Of a stretch of DNA of 64,000 nt, positions 50,546 through 60,005 are shown piece by piece (the first letter of the stretch is position 1; every line of letters starts with the position of its first letter). The position numbers were made by a program, and so were the translations under genes. Source of the DNA: Nitrospiraceae bacterium. GTDB taxonomy: Bacteria > Nitrospirota > Thermodesulfovibrionia > UBA6902. The notes under the pieces are model-generated. The model saw nothing but the letters and a program-made list of their open reading frames with translations. It made no database searches and had not been told where the DNA came from. The stretch covers positions 700,128-764,127 of the forward strand of contig CP070632.1 of NCBI GenBank assembly GCA_020356065.1, in the 5' to 3' direction.

Positions 50546-51997
50546 TCAGATTCCGGAATCCATCAATGTGTCCATCAATTCATGGTATCGCAGAAGCAGT
50601 TTATGGTATAAGGCCCCGTTCTGAGCATAGATCAACTGTACATTCTGTTCATTGTCCCTGCTTTGAATAACGAACGTCAGCTCTATTCTGCCCTGATTGT
50701 AACGCTTCTGTTCCGCCTTTGTTTTATCTTTTGCAACTAACATCTGCTTCCTGTTTAATATCAATACTTTTTCCAGTTCTTTTAATTGAGTCATGAGATT
50801 TCTCAGCGAGGCTTCCAGTCCCAGCTTAATATTATTCATATCTTCCTGTACGCGGTTTTTTTCCAATGAGGTCTTTAATATTTCAGCATGGGTGGTCCTG
50901 TTTCCCAAGGGGTAACTGAATCGCAGCGCAGCTGCAAACTGGGGCTTGTCATAGCTGTAAGAGTCAGTGAAATTATCATCACCACTTTTCAGCCCGCCCG
51001 AAATATCGAGGTCCAGTCTGGGTTTTTCCTGTTCGATGACCCCTTTTTTCTCATGTTCAAGTTGATTCATGCGTATCTTTAGGACATTCAGGACCCTGGA
51101 GTTTTGTTTTAACATGTCAATGGCATCATCAACAGAAGGAAGCGTTGCCAATTCATATAGATCATATTCGGGCAACAGGCCCTTTGAAAGATCAAATTGC
51201 GCAATTGTAGACAATTCTGCCTGCTTTGCTTTCCATCTGGCTTCAATCCCGAGAACATTCTGTTCCACATTCAGTACTGAGTCCCTTGCCCTTAAGACAT
51301 CCACTTCATCTACAAGATTCTGTTTGCGTTTACGCGTGGTCCTCTCAAGCTCTTCTTTTGCAAGCTCTAACCTCTTGTACAGGATCCGTCTCTGCTCAAT
51401 CAATAAAACACCGTCGATAAAGCTGTCTCCTACTTCCAGTAAAAATAATTCCTGATTTTCCTGTATGTTCACCTGTACTGCCCTGACACTGTAACCCTGC
51501 AGTTCATAGCCAAGCCGGCTGAGAGCACCTCCCATATTCTGAAGAAGGGGATGCGAGTAGGTAACTGATAATCCGTTTTCATGAAATACTCCTGATTCAA
51601 CAGGTATGGTGGCAATCCCGGGAATGACTAGATCATCGATATCCTGATCAGATCGAGTGTAATCATACGCAATGGAAAGAAGGCCGCCTGTTTTCCAGAA
51701 TGTTCTTTCAACAGCAGCGCCGATACCAACTGAATCAATTTTGTCAGGGATCAAACTGCTTATGGCAGTATTTTCAACATGGGCATAAAAAGGTTGTACC
51801 CGTACAATCCAGTCCTGATCACCCAGGAATTTATTCTGCTCCTGACGTTCGATTTCCAATGAGAGAGCTTCTTTCCTGAAGAAAGGATGCGTCTCCTGCA
51901 CGAGATGTAAATAGTCATGTAACGTTATTGTATGAGCAGAGGAGAGGGTAAGTAAAAAAATGATGAGTATTATTAATAAAAAAGTAAAAAGTTTCAT
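50546..51997 (-). CDS. TolC-family outer-membrane efflux channel
   Basis: A signal peptide and two OEP repeats with coiled-coil and beta-strand segments. It lies 46 nt upstream of the RND gene. Confidence 0.85.
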   Translation of the reverse strand: MKLFTFLLIILIIFLLTLSSAHTITLHDYLHLVQETHPFFRKEALSLEIERQEQNKFLGDQDWIVRVQPFYAHVENTAISSLIPDKIDSVGIGAAVERTFWKTGGLLSIAYDYTRSDQDIDDLVIPGIATIPVESGVFHENGLSVTYSHPLLQNMGGALSRLGYELQGYSVRAVQVNIQENQELFLLEVGDSFIDGVLLIEQRRILYKRLELAKEELERTTRKRKQNLVDEVDVLRARDSVLNVEQNVLGIEARWKAKQAELSTIAQFDLSKGLLPEYDLYELATLPSVDDAIDMLKQNSRVLNVLKIRMNQLEHEKKGVIEQEKPRLDLDISGGLKSGDDNFTDSYSYDKPQFAAALRFSYPLGNRTTHAEILKTSLEKNRVQEDMNNIKLGLEASLRNLMTQLKELEKVLILNRKQMLVAKDKTKAEQKRYNQGRIELTFVIQSRDNEQNVQLIYAQNGALYHKLLLRYHELMDTLMDSGI

Positions 51998-52164
51998 GTG
52001 ATGCTCCTGGATATGATTATTAGATTAGTAATATAAAATAAAGTCTTCGTAATGTAAATATCTATCTTAGGTATACTTTTAATGATACTGGACCTGGTTG
52101 TTCCTTGCATCAGTCAGCAGTATTGTGTAATTTACACTATGTGTGATATGTTTCTGGTAATACG

Positions 52165-52944
52165 ATGAGACTGGCAATATTCACGGCATTTCCGCAAGAA
52201 CTGAAACCACTTCTGAGAAAATACAAGATTGATAAACAACTGAAATATGATGCCCTGCGTGTTTTTTTCAGTCATATTGCATCACATACAATCATTTTCG
52301 TACAAACCGGAATGGGACAAGCTCATCAGGAGAGAGCATGTAAATATATTGTCGAAGAACACAGACCGGAATGTATATTGTCCATAGGTTTTGGCGGCGC
52401 ACTCTTTTCATACGCTGAAGTTGGTGAACTTGTATGGGGAACAAAACTCATTCTTTTTCCAGAGGATACTGAAAGATACCGCTTGTCAAACGGTAATATC
52501 GAAGGGAAGCATATGCTTGAAATTCCTGATGAAGAGGAGATATTCCGGCGACTGTCCGGAGAAATTAACATTACACGGGGTTCAGTCATTACTCTTAAAA
52601 AACCGTCAAAGAAATCTCTTGTAAAAGAAGCATTGCCCCGTGAGCTTTCCAGCCCGGTATGTGATATGGAAACATTTATCCTTGCAAAATATTCTTTACA
52701 AAGTGGACTGCCATTTTATTCAATACGGGCGGTTACTGACCGTCTGGATGAAGACATACCGCTGGAGCTTTTTTCGGTAGTGGACAGAGAAGGTAATTAC
52801 AATATGGCCCGGGCTCTTAAGCTTCTCGTTTTCAAACCCCGTCTAATTCCAGAAGCGATCAAACTCGGTAGACACGCCGGCATTGCAGCAGAAAATCTAT
52901 CGCAGGCTGTGACAGTATTGATTAACATTATGACAACTGCGTGA
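52165..52944 (+). CDS. hpnG: PNP/MTA-nucleosidase-family protein; hopanoid-associated phosphorylase HpnG-like
   Basis: PNP_UDP_1 fold (MRLAIFTAFPQEL…SIGFGGAL…) in a locus with hpnH, hpnA and shc. Confidence 0.75.
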   Translation: MRLAIFTAFPQELKPLLRKYKIDKQLKYDALRVFFSHIASHTIIFVQTGMGQAHQERACKYIVEEHRPECILSIGFGGALFSYAEVGELVWGTKLILFPEDTERYRLSNGNIEGKHMLEIPDEEEIFRRLSGEINITRGSVITLKKPSKKSLVKEALPRELSSPVCDMETFILAKYSLQSGLPFYSIRAVTDRLDEDIPLELFSVVDREGNYNMARALKLLVFKPRLIPEAIKLGRHAGIAAENLSQAVTVLINIMTTA

Positions 52945-52948
52945 ACTT

Positions 52949-53812
52949 TCAAGGTTTGGGGATAACCGCTGAAGGAAAATCTTTTCTATGAGCTTTAACG
53001 GCCCTGTCAATATCCCCATGCATAAGCTTTGCCTTGATTAAGGAATACATGAACAATGCCGGCAGTAAGAAGATAAAAATTCCCACCCACCCCAGATCAT
53101 AGTCACGTATATAAAAAGTTACTGATAACATGAAAATTATCACGCTTACGTAGAGGAGCGGACCAATCAGTACACCCCCGGGATATCTCTGAGCAAAATA
53201 ATCTTTTGTTCCCTTGTTACTCATATAGCGGTCTATTTTCTGTAATACATATATCAAGACATAACCCACGACAAACCACCCTGCAAAATTTGAAATCGGG
53301 ACCCCGAAATAGACCCCTTTTTCCGGATATTCGTAAATCTGACCAAGGAACCATTTATCTCCCTGCAATGAAACAGGGTCAATAATTATATCGAGATAGA
53401 CAAAGAGGACAGTAGCAAGAACTCTTGTATGAAATGAACCTCTTATCCCTTTTGTCTGGAGGATATACAACAACCTTCCTGAACGCATAACAGGGGAATT
53501 GATCATAAGTGCTACCGAATAACTAGCATATGCAAGAAATACATAGCTTAATGAATCCATAAAAGGGACACCAAGAACCCACAATTCCTGATCTTTTGTG
53601 TGTTCGATGTAATTATAATATCCATAGGGAAAGCCATTATGAATTGATGAGTATTCCGAAAGCCAAGCTATGAAATATCCCGCTGTGCAGAACAGAAAAG
53701 CCCTTTTTATTCCCAAATGCATTGAGCAGCCCAGCAAATATATAAACAGAAAGATAAATACGTAGGGTCTCAAAAGGATTGTATGAAAAAAAAGAGAGGG
53801 TATGGATTCCAT
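52949..53812 (-). CDS. uncharacterised polytopic membrane protein embedded in the hopanoid locus
   Basis: 287 aa with about 7-8 predicted TM helices. I recognise no family. It sits between hpnG and hpnH. Confidence 0.5.
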   Translation of the reverse strand: MESIPSLFFHTILLRPYVFIFLFIYLLGCSMHLGIKRAFLFCTAGYFIAWLSEYSSIHNGFPYGYYNYIEHTKDQELWVLGVPFMDSLSYVFLAYASYSVALMINSPVMRSGRLLYILQTKGIRGSFHTRVLATVLFVYLDIIIDPVSLQGDKWFLGQIYEYPEKGVYFGVPISNFAGWFVVGYVLIYVLQKIDRYMSNKGTKDYFAQRYPGGVLIGPLLYVSVIIFMLSVTFYIRDYDLGWVGIFIFLLPALFMYSLIKAKLMHGDIDRAVKAHRKDFPSAVIPKP

Positions 53813-54004
53813 TAGCCTAAATTAATCATACAGATATCTATCAAGACAGGGGTGCTAAAAAAACTTATTAAATGCTACGAGATTGATTATATGCATCGTA
53901 ACCACTAATGAATATGTGTATAAAGAATTTATTTGATAGTTGTCTCTAAGGTATCGATGAATACGTTTTATTATCACTCTGTCTCATATTATGAATTTTG
54001 TTGG

Positions 54005-55012
54005 TTAGTGCGACGAAAGATTCCAGGAAATAAGCCTCAAAAGATCTCTAGGACGTGAAATGGCATGCCTCATTGCAGTAGCTTCATATCCACAGTGAAC
54101 CATACAATCCCTGCATCTCGGGTCTCTTCCTTCTACATAACGGTCCCAGTCTGTTTTTTCCATCATTTCCTTATAGGTTCCGTAATATGTATCGGTTATA
54201 AGATAACACGGTGATTTCCACCCGAGAGGATTGCGTGTAGGATTTCCCCAGGGGGTACAGCGCATCTGTCGTTTGCCTTTAAGAAAGTCCACGTATATGG
54301 GTGAATTGATAAAGGGGAACCTGCTGAAGAAATCCTTCATCTGTTTAAATTTCTCCTTGATTTCTTCTCTGCTGAGGAATATGTCATTTTCTACCCTTTC
54401 ATAGCTGAATGCAGGTGCAGCGAGGATTCCGTCAACGTTTAGCGTCTTTAGCATCTGGAACAAACTCTCCAGCTCCTTAATATCCGAGTTTTTGTAAACT
54501 GATGTATTTGTGCTTACCCGGAATCCTCTCTTCTTTGCTTTTTGTATGGATTGCACTGCCCGTCTGAATGTCCCCGGTTTGTCTGTAATGCTGTCATGTG
54601 TCTCTTCCATTCCGTCAAGGTGAAAATTAAGCGTGAGGCGTTTGTCTGGTTCAAATTCATCAATAAAAGATTCGGTTAAAATACCGTTCGTGCAAAGGTA
54701 CATATGGCGATTTAACCTGAGCAGTTCACTGACCAGGGTCGTGAGGTCCCCGTATAAAAGAGGTTCTCCCCCAGTAATCGTCACAACAGGTGCCTGTGAT
54801 GAAACGGTAGCCTCAATACACTGATCAAGAGAGAGATCATCTGTCTTTTTTTCATCATGCAGCCTTATCCTGTCACAGCCGGCGCACGATAGATTACAGC
54901 GGTGCGTCGGTTCAAGCATCAGGACCAGAGGAAACCTGCTCCTTCTCTCGATGATACGCTGCCTGACAATAGAAAATGTTAAGGATGAATAGAGACTCAG
55001 AGGAAATCTCAT
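54005..55012 (-). CDS. hpnH: hopanoid-biosynthesis radical-SAM protein HpnH (adenosylhopane synthase)-like
   Basis: It has a CxxxCxxC motif (HRCNLSCAGC). Its size and context (adjacent to hpnG, hpnA, shc) fit HpnH. Confidence 0.8.
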   Translation of the reverse strand: MRFPLSLYSSLTFSIVRQRIIERRSRFPLVLMLEPTHRCNLSCAGCDRIRLHDEKKTDDLSLDQCIEATVSSQAPVVTITGGEPLLYGDLTTLVSELLRLNRHMYLCTNGILTESFIDEFEPDKRLTLNFHLDGMEETHDSITDKPGTFRRAVQSIQKAKKRGFRVSTNTSVYKNSDIKELESLFQMLKTLNVDGILAAPAFSYERVENDIFLSREEIKEKFKQMKDFFSRFPFINSPIYVDFLKGKRQMRCTPWGNPTRNPLGWKSPCYLITDTYYGTYKEMMEKTDWDRYVEGRDPRCRDCMVHCGYEATAMRHAISRPRDLLRLISWNLSSH

Positions 55013-55033
55013 ATCGAAATCAATCGGTCTCCC

Positions 55034-55870
55034 TTAGTAATGACTTCTGACTTTTCTGTCTGCTATATATTTTAATGCGGCCTCAACCTCATCAATGGCT
55101 ACTCTTGTATTCTTGCAGGGACCTTCGGGCCGTCTGTTCGGGATGGCAATAACCGGAATCTTTTCTGCTATATCTTTAAGCCCGCTCATCAGATCCCTTT
55201 CACAGGCAAGGGCCAGTATAAAAGTTGGATTGAACTGATTGATGGCTTTTCTGGCCGCCTCTCCGCCGTGTACCGTAAGAATTTTCAGGGAATTGCCATT
55301 TCCATTAATCATGCTGTCAATCTCACGTCTCGCTTCCTTTGTCAGGCATCTTGGCAGTAATATGAGGGGCCTGTCATGGTTTATCTGATCTGCGTGACTC
55401 TGCGTCATGAAATTATTGAGTTTGATAAAAGAATTGCCTACCCTGTCTCTGCTTATTCCAAATTTATTTCCAAGCCACACTGTTTTCGGGAGAAGAAAAA
55501 GGAGAAATTTTTCCACCCACCTGTATGGCAAAAATGATTTTCTGAGTTTCAGAGTGTAAATGCCTTCTGCGATGATCATTAATAGAAAGAAAACAGAAAC
55601 AGCAAAAAGAGTCCATTCCAGCAGGTCTGCTGCGGGCAGGCTGTATTGTTCGACTCTGGGCTTTATCATATACCAGGCAATGGGTAGCGAAGCGACAAAT
55701 ATGAACATAATTCCTGCAGCCAGCGAGAGAAAGGTCTTCATATGTTCATTAATGTCACTGTCAAGCTTGCCGGTGTCGCCATCCCAGTCATTCCACTCAT
55801 CACCCAGTTTTCTATCTTTAGGTTTTGTCATCTGTTCTGAATATAACATATTCTCCTCCATAAATCTCAA
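55034..55870 (-). CDS. membrane protein, possibly DUF116 family, inside the hopanoid locus
   Basis: Two N-terminal TM helices and a C-terminal domain with an …LLPRCL… motif. The family assignment is tentative. The start overlaps the hpnA stop by 4 nt. Confidence 0.45.
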   Translation of the reverse strand: MRFMEENMLYSEQMTKPKDRKLGDEWNDWDGDTGKLDSDINEHMKTFLSLAAGIMFIFVASLPIAWYMIKPRVEQYSLPAADLLEWTLFAVSVFFLLMIIAEGIYTLKLRKSFLPYRWVEKFLLFLLPKTVWLGNKFGISRDRVGNSFIKLNNFMTQSHADQINHDRPLILLPRCLTKEARREIDSMINGNGNSLKILTVHGGEAARKAINQFNPTFILALACERDLMSGLKDIAEKIPVIAIPNRRPEGPCKNTRVAIDEVEAALKYIADRKVRSHY

Positions 55871-56859
55871 TTCTCCACGTACCCTTTTTCAGTAAACCAG
55901 CTCACAGCTTTTTCCACAGCACCTTCAATGGGGCTCTGAGGCATGTGCAGTTCATTCACGGCCTTTGAACAATCAAAGTACATGTGATTTCTTGCCATTC
56001 GTACACCTGTTAAGGGAATTCTCGGCTGCCTGTGAGACACGAGTTTTGACATTGCCTCATCCACACACGCAGCAATCAATACCGGGAAATAGGGAAGTCT
56101 TATTTTCGGTGGCTTTTTCCCTGTCAATCTCGCAAGGGTGTGAAGAAATTCCTTGAGACTGACATTTCTATTACCCAGGATATACCTCTGTCCGATTCTT
56201 CCATGCTCAGCCGCCAGCAAATGGCCTGTGGAAACATCCTCAACATCAACAATGTTCAGTCCTGTATCAAGGTATGCAGGCATTTTTCCGCTGAGAAAAT
56301 CTACAATGATTTTCCCTGTAGGCGTAGGTTTTCTGTCCATGGCTCCAACCGGCGTAGAAGGGTTAACAATGATAACAGGGAGTCCCTTCCCTATATACTG
56401 GTATACTTCCTTTTCAGCAAGGAATTTAGATTTTTTATAATGACCTGCCATGGTTTTTTCATCAGATGGAGATTCTTCATTTACAGGATATCCATTTGAA
56501 CCTGGAGTCATAACGCCGACTGTGCTTGTATAAACAACCTTACCAACTCCGTACTTGAGAGCTGCTTTCATAATATTTTTCGTGCCTTGAACATTAATGT
56601 CATACATGGTATCGGGATCAGGTACCCAGAGTCTGTAATCTGCTGCAAGGTGATACACCTGATCACATCCCTCAATTGCTCTGCATATGGATTCGTAATT
56701 TCTTATATCACCGGTGACCATCTGTACCCCGAGTTCATCAAGGTCGGCCAGAGCATGTCCATCCCTGACTAATGCCCTGACTTCAATACCTTTTTTTATT
56801 AATGTCCTGGAAACATGAAACCCGATAAAACCTGTTGCCCCGGTTACCAAAACTCTCAT
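55867..56859 (-). CDS. hpnA: NAD-dependent epimerase/dehydratase; hopanoid-associated sugar epimerase HpnA-like
   Basis: The true start is the internal MRVLVTGATGFIGFHV (GxxGxxG Rossmann) at 56859, whose ATG overlaps the shc TAA stop (TAATG). The longer 419-aa ORF overlaps shc and is rejected. A YxxxK motif is present. Confidence 0.8.
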   Translation of the reverse strand: MRVLVTGATGFIGFHVSRTLIKKGIEVRALVRDGHALADLDELGVQMVTGDIRNYESICRAIEGCDQVYHLAADYRLWVPDPDTMYDINVQGTKNIMKAALKYGVGKVVYTSTVGVMTPGSNGYPVNEESPSDEKTMAGHYKKSKFLAEKEVYQYIGKGLPVIIVNPSTPVGAMDRKPTPTGKIIVDFLSGKMPAYLDTGLNIVDVEDVSTGHLLAAEHGRIGQRYILGNRNVSLKEFLHTLARLTGKKPPKIRLPYFPVLIAACVDEAMSKLVSHRQPRIPLTGVRMARNHMYFDCSKAVNELHMPQSPIEGAVEKAVSWFTEKGYVEN

Positions 56860-58874
56860 TATACTGCACCCTCTTTTAAAATATGGGAATAAAACCTGCC
56901 AAGTGCCATTAACGGAAAACAGTTCCGGTAATTGTGGTACCTGATCATAAAATACTTGGGAAATCCTGTACCAGTGAATTCTTCCTCGTCCCAGGTGCCG
57001 TCTTCTCTCTGTGTGCCAAGCAGATATTTGATCCCTTTCGATACCTCTCTGGAAGCCGCTTCTCCTGAGGAAATTAATGCAAGAATTGCCCATGCGGTCT
57101 GGGAAGGAGTACTTGCCCCGTGACATTTAAGGGATGAGTTTTCATAGGTTTCGCAACACTCTCCCCACCCGCCGTCTGTATTTTGATTTGACTGTAGCCA
57201 GGATACGGCCTTTCTCACGTATGTTTCCGACATGTCCTCTCTAACTGAACTAAGCCCTGCCAGTACCGCACAAGTCCCATAAATATAATTAACACCCCAT
57301 CTTCCCCACCACGTGCCGTCATCTTCCTGGTTTGCCTTTATAAATTTTAAAGCTCTTCTCACCGGCTCATCAGATAATTTATACCCGGACATGCCAAGCA
57401 GCTCAAGAACTCTTCCTGTTATGTCTGCAGTACTCGGATCAATCATGGCTTCAAGGTCTCCATGGGGCAGTCTGTTTAATAATTCAAGGTTGTTATCCGC
57501 ATCAAAGGAACCCCAGCCGCCGTCCTTGCCCTGCATACCAAGAATCCACTCAAGACCTCGGTCAAAGTTACCGGATGTAATGAACTCAGTGTTGTCAAAT
57601 CCGTGTAGAAGCATTAAAACCACGGATGAATCATCCACATCTGGATACCAGCTATTATCGAATTCAAAGGCCCATCCGCCCGGCCTGACGTCAGGTCTTT
57701 TAATACTCCAGTCTCCCTTCTGAAAAATCTGTTTAGAGGCCAGCCATTTGCAGGATTTCAATATGGACGGGTGGCTTTTTTCGATTCCGGACGCAGTCAA
57801 TGCAAGAGCAGTCAGGGCAGTATCCCATACGGGAGAAATACATGCCTGCAAACGCAGCTCCTCATCACTTTCTATCGCAAATCTATGTAACGCTTCGAGT
57901 CCTTTTATGACCGGCTCCTGAGAGACATCATATCCTCTGGCCGACAGGGCGAGAAGTGAGTTCACCATGGCCGGTTGTATCCCACCCCAGTCTCCGGTAG
58001 GTTCCTGATGTTCCAAAATCCATCTTTCAGTATGATTCAAAGCCCTGCTTCGCAGGGGTCTTAACGGAAGAGGCTCAAGGATTTTTATGAGTTTGTCCAG
58101 TACAACAAAAATATTTTGCCATGACAGCAGTGAATGTTTTTTTTGCAGCAGGGGTGGAGATGTATCAGGATTGTCATACAACTCATGAATGCCTGTTTTT
58201 CCCAGCAAATGCCTCTCAGGCTTTAGATCGGCAATAATCGATAGCGGTACAAATGTGGCCCTTGCCCAGCTTGACATACTATAAATATTGACCGGAAACC
58301 AGGGAGGAAGTAGATTTAATTCTACAGGAATTGCAGGGATTGCCTTCCAGCTGAATTCTCCAAACAATGCAAGAAATATTTTTGTGAAAACTCTTGAAGC
58401 CTCAACCCCGCCCTGTGAGAGGATGAATGCTCTTGCCCTTAACATTCGGTCATCGTCCGAGGGAAAACCAGCAAGTTTAAGAGCGAAATACGCCTCAACA
58501 GTCGTGCTGAGATCCCCTTTTCCTCCCCAATGAATTGGCCAGGTGCCGTCAGTTCTTTGATTTCTTAAAATATACCGGGTAATCTTTCTATCACGCTCGT
58601 CATCCTTTAAACCGAGGAAATGCAGGAGCATCAGATATTCGGCAGTTATTGTAATATTTGATTCCAGCTCATACCACCAGTATCCCTCTGTATGCTGGTG
58701 TCTCAGATAATAAGACCTCACTTTCAATATCGCATCCGATACTCTTCTGGCCAGACTTCGGGTAATAAATAAGGGCCGCGATTTCCTTTTGGAAGTGACA
58801 GAGAGATGGGACTGCTTATGTTTTAATGGGGCCTCTGTTACATCAGCCTTTGTTAGAGAGCGTGCTGCTTTCAT
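56859..58874 (-). CDS. shc: squalene-hopene cyclase
   Basis: It has the DxDD motif (YPDVDDSSVV), multiple QW repeats (…DGGWG…, …DGTW…), and a 671-aa terpene-cyclase alpha/alpha-barrel. Confidence 0.9.
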   Translation of the reverse strand: MKAARSLTKADVTEAPLKHKQSHLSVTSKRKSRPLFITRSLARRVSDAILKVRSYYLRHQHTEGYWWYELESNITITAEYLMLLHFLGLKDDERDRKITRYILRNQRTDGTWPIHWGGKGDLSTTVEAYFALKLAGFPSDDDRMLRARAFILSQGGVEASRVFTKIFLALFGEFSWKAIPAIPVELNLLPPWFPVNIYSMSSWARATFVPLSIIADLKPERHLLGKTGIHELYDNPDTSPPLLQKKHSLLSWQNIFVVLDKLIKILEPLPLRPLRSRALNHTERWILEHQEPTGDWGGIQPAMVNSLLALSARGYDVSQEPVIKGLEALHRFAIESDEELRLQACISPVWDTALTALALTASGIEKSHPSILKSCKWLASKQIFQKGDWSIKRPDVRPGGWAFEFDNSWYPDVDDSSVVLMLLHGFDNTEFITSGNFDRGLEWILGMQGKDGGWGSFDADNNLELLNRLPHGDLEAMIDPSTADITGRVLELLGMSGYKLSDEPVRRALKFIKANQEDDGTWWGRWGVNYIYGTCAVLAGLSSVREDMSETYVRKAVSWLQSNQNTDGGWGECCETYENSSLKCHGASTPSQTAWAILALISSGEAASREVSKGIKYLLGTQREDGTWDEEEFTGTGFPKYFMIRYHNYRNCFPLMALGRFYSHILKEGAV

Positions 58875-59039
58875 GTCAGTTCCTCTCTGCGTCTGTTGCA
58901 GGATTTACATTCAGACATAAACTGAACCGGCCCCATTTCAAGGGGATAAAAAACTCTTGCCCGTTTTACGGTGTAATTTCTCATTATATGTTTTGCCCTA
59001 CATGTAAAGCACATATGACTTTGCCTGAACATAATCTAC

Positions 59040-59576
59040 TTATTCCGTAAGATCCTTATAGTTCATTTTACTTACGTGCTCTACTGCCAACTTTAACCAC
59101 GGAGTGTATATGTTGCCATTCGTATCACAATCCACCTTCAGCTCCTGCAAGCTGATTACCCTCATGTCAGAAATCTCATCTCTGTTCAGATTGATTCTGG
59201 CTACATCAACACTCTTTACCTTTGTTATGGCGCAGATCTCATGCTCAGTTCCAATATTCCTGTATCCGACCTTGTAATGAAATTTAGAAAGGTATTCTAC
59301 ATCATCAGTATGCAGATCTATTTCCTGCTGCAGTCGCCTTTGAGATGCCTGTTCATAATCTTCTCCCAAAAATACATGGCTGGCAACCGATCCATCCCAG
59401 AATCCGGGCCAGAGTCTTTTTGTGTTGCTTCTCTTTGTAAGTATTAACTTACCCTTATCAGTAAAAACCATGGCTAAAAATGCACGATGAAGAATTCCGT
59501 TCCCGTCATGACATTTTTCTTTTTCCTCTTCCCCTATCATATTATCATTTTCATCAACTATTACAATTTGCTCCAT
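59040..59576 (-). CDS. idi: isopentenyl-diphosphate delta-isomerase, type 1 (Nudix)
   Basis: …HRAFLAMVFTDKGKLILTKRSNTKRLWPGFWDGSVASH…EHEIC… carries conserved IDI-1 Cys/Glu positions; 178 aa. Confidence 0.85.
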   Translation of the reverse strand: MEQIVIVDENDNMIGEEEKEKCHDGNGILHRAFLAMVFTDKGKLILTKRSNTKRLWPGFWDGSVASHVFLGEDYEQASQRRLQQEIDLHTDDVEYLSKFHYKVGYRNIGTEHEICAITKVKSVDVARINLNRDEISDMRVISLQELKVDCDTNGNIYTPWLKLAVEHVSKMNYKDLTE

Positions 59577-59829
59577 TTCCCTTCCTCATTCATACCAGGC
59601 GTCGTCATTATTTATTCAAGGCACATACCGTTTTTATGTCAATACATCCATATTGGCAAAGCAGGGAACCTGAACGATATTTCCGGCACATTCGTATATG
59701 CACAACAAATATAGACCATAAAACCCACATTTTTTTCAACATCTGCATAGATCTCTGGTATGATTTACATGTACCGGTTCAGATTGTCCGGTTGACGTCT
59801 TTAATGTAACCTTAAGGATTTAATTATAG

Positions 59830-59855
59830 CGAAGAGATACATATATATCTCTTCG
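59830..59855. promoter_or_regulatory. 26-bp near-perfect palindrome in the idi/hpnN divergent promoter region (candidate operator)
   Basis: CGAAGAGATA-CATATA-TATCTCTTCG pairs at 12 of 13 positions. It lies 150 nt upstream of hpnN and 254 nt upstream of idi. Confidence 0.35.
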
Positions 59856-60005
59856 ATCCATATTTGTCTTTTATCATGTAATGCTTCAGATGTAAAGATA
59901 ATTTTATAAATATCACTTAGCCTTTTGCAAGTAATTTATTTATAATCTACATATAAATTTTTCAACGTATGTTATTTTCATTTATGGAAGTCAAGACAAT
60001 ATGTT

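Noticed and set aside
55867-57126. 419-aa minus-strand ORF extending hpnA upstream into shc
   Set aside because: The first 89 codons overlap the 3' end of shc in another frame. The conserved Rossmann start MRVLVTGATGFIGF begins at the internal ATG 56859, which overlaps the shc stop (TAATG).
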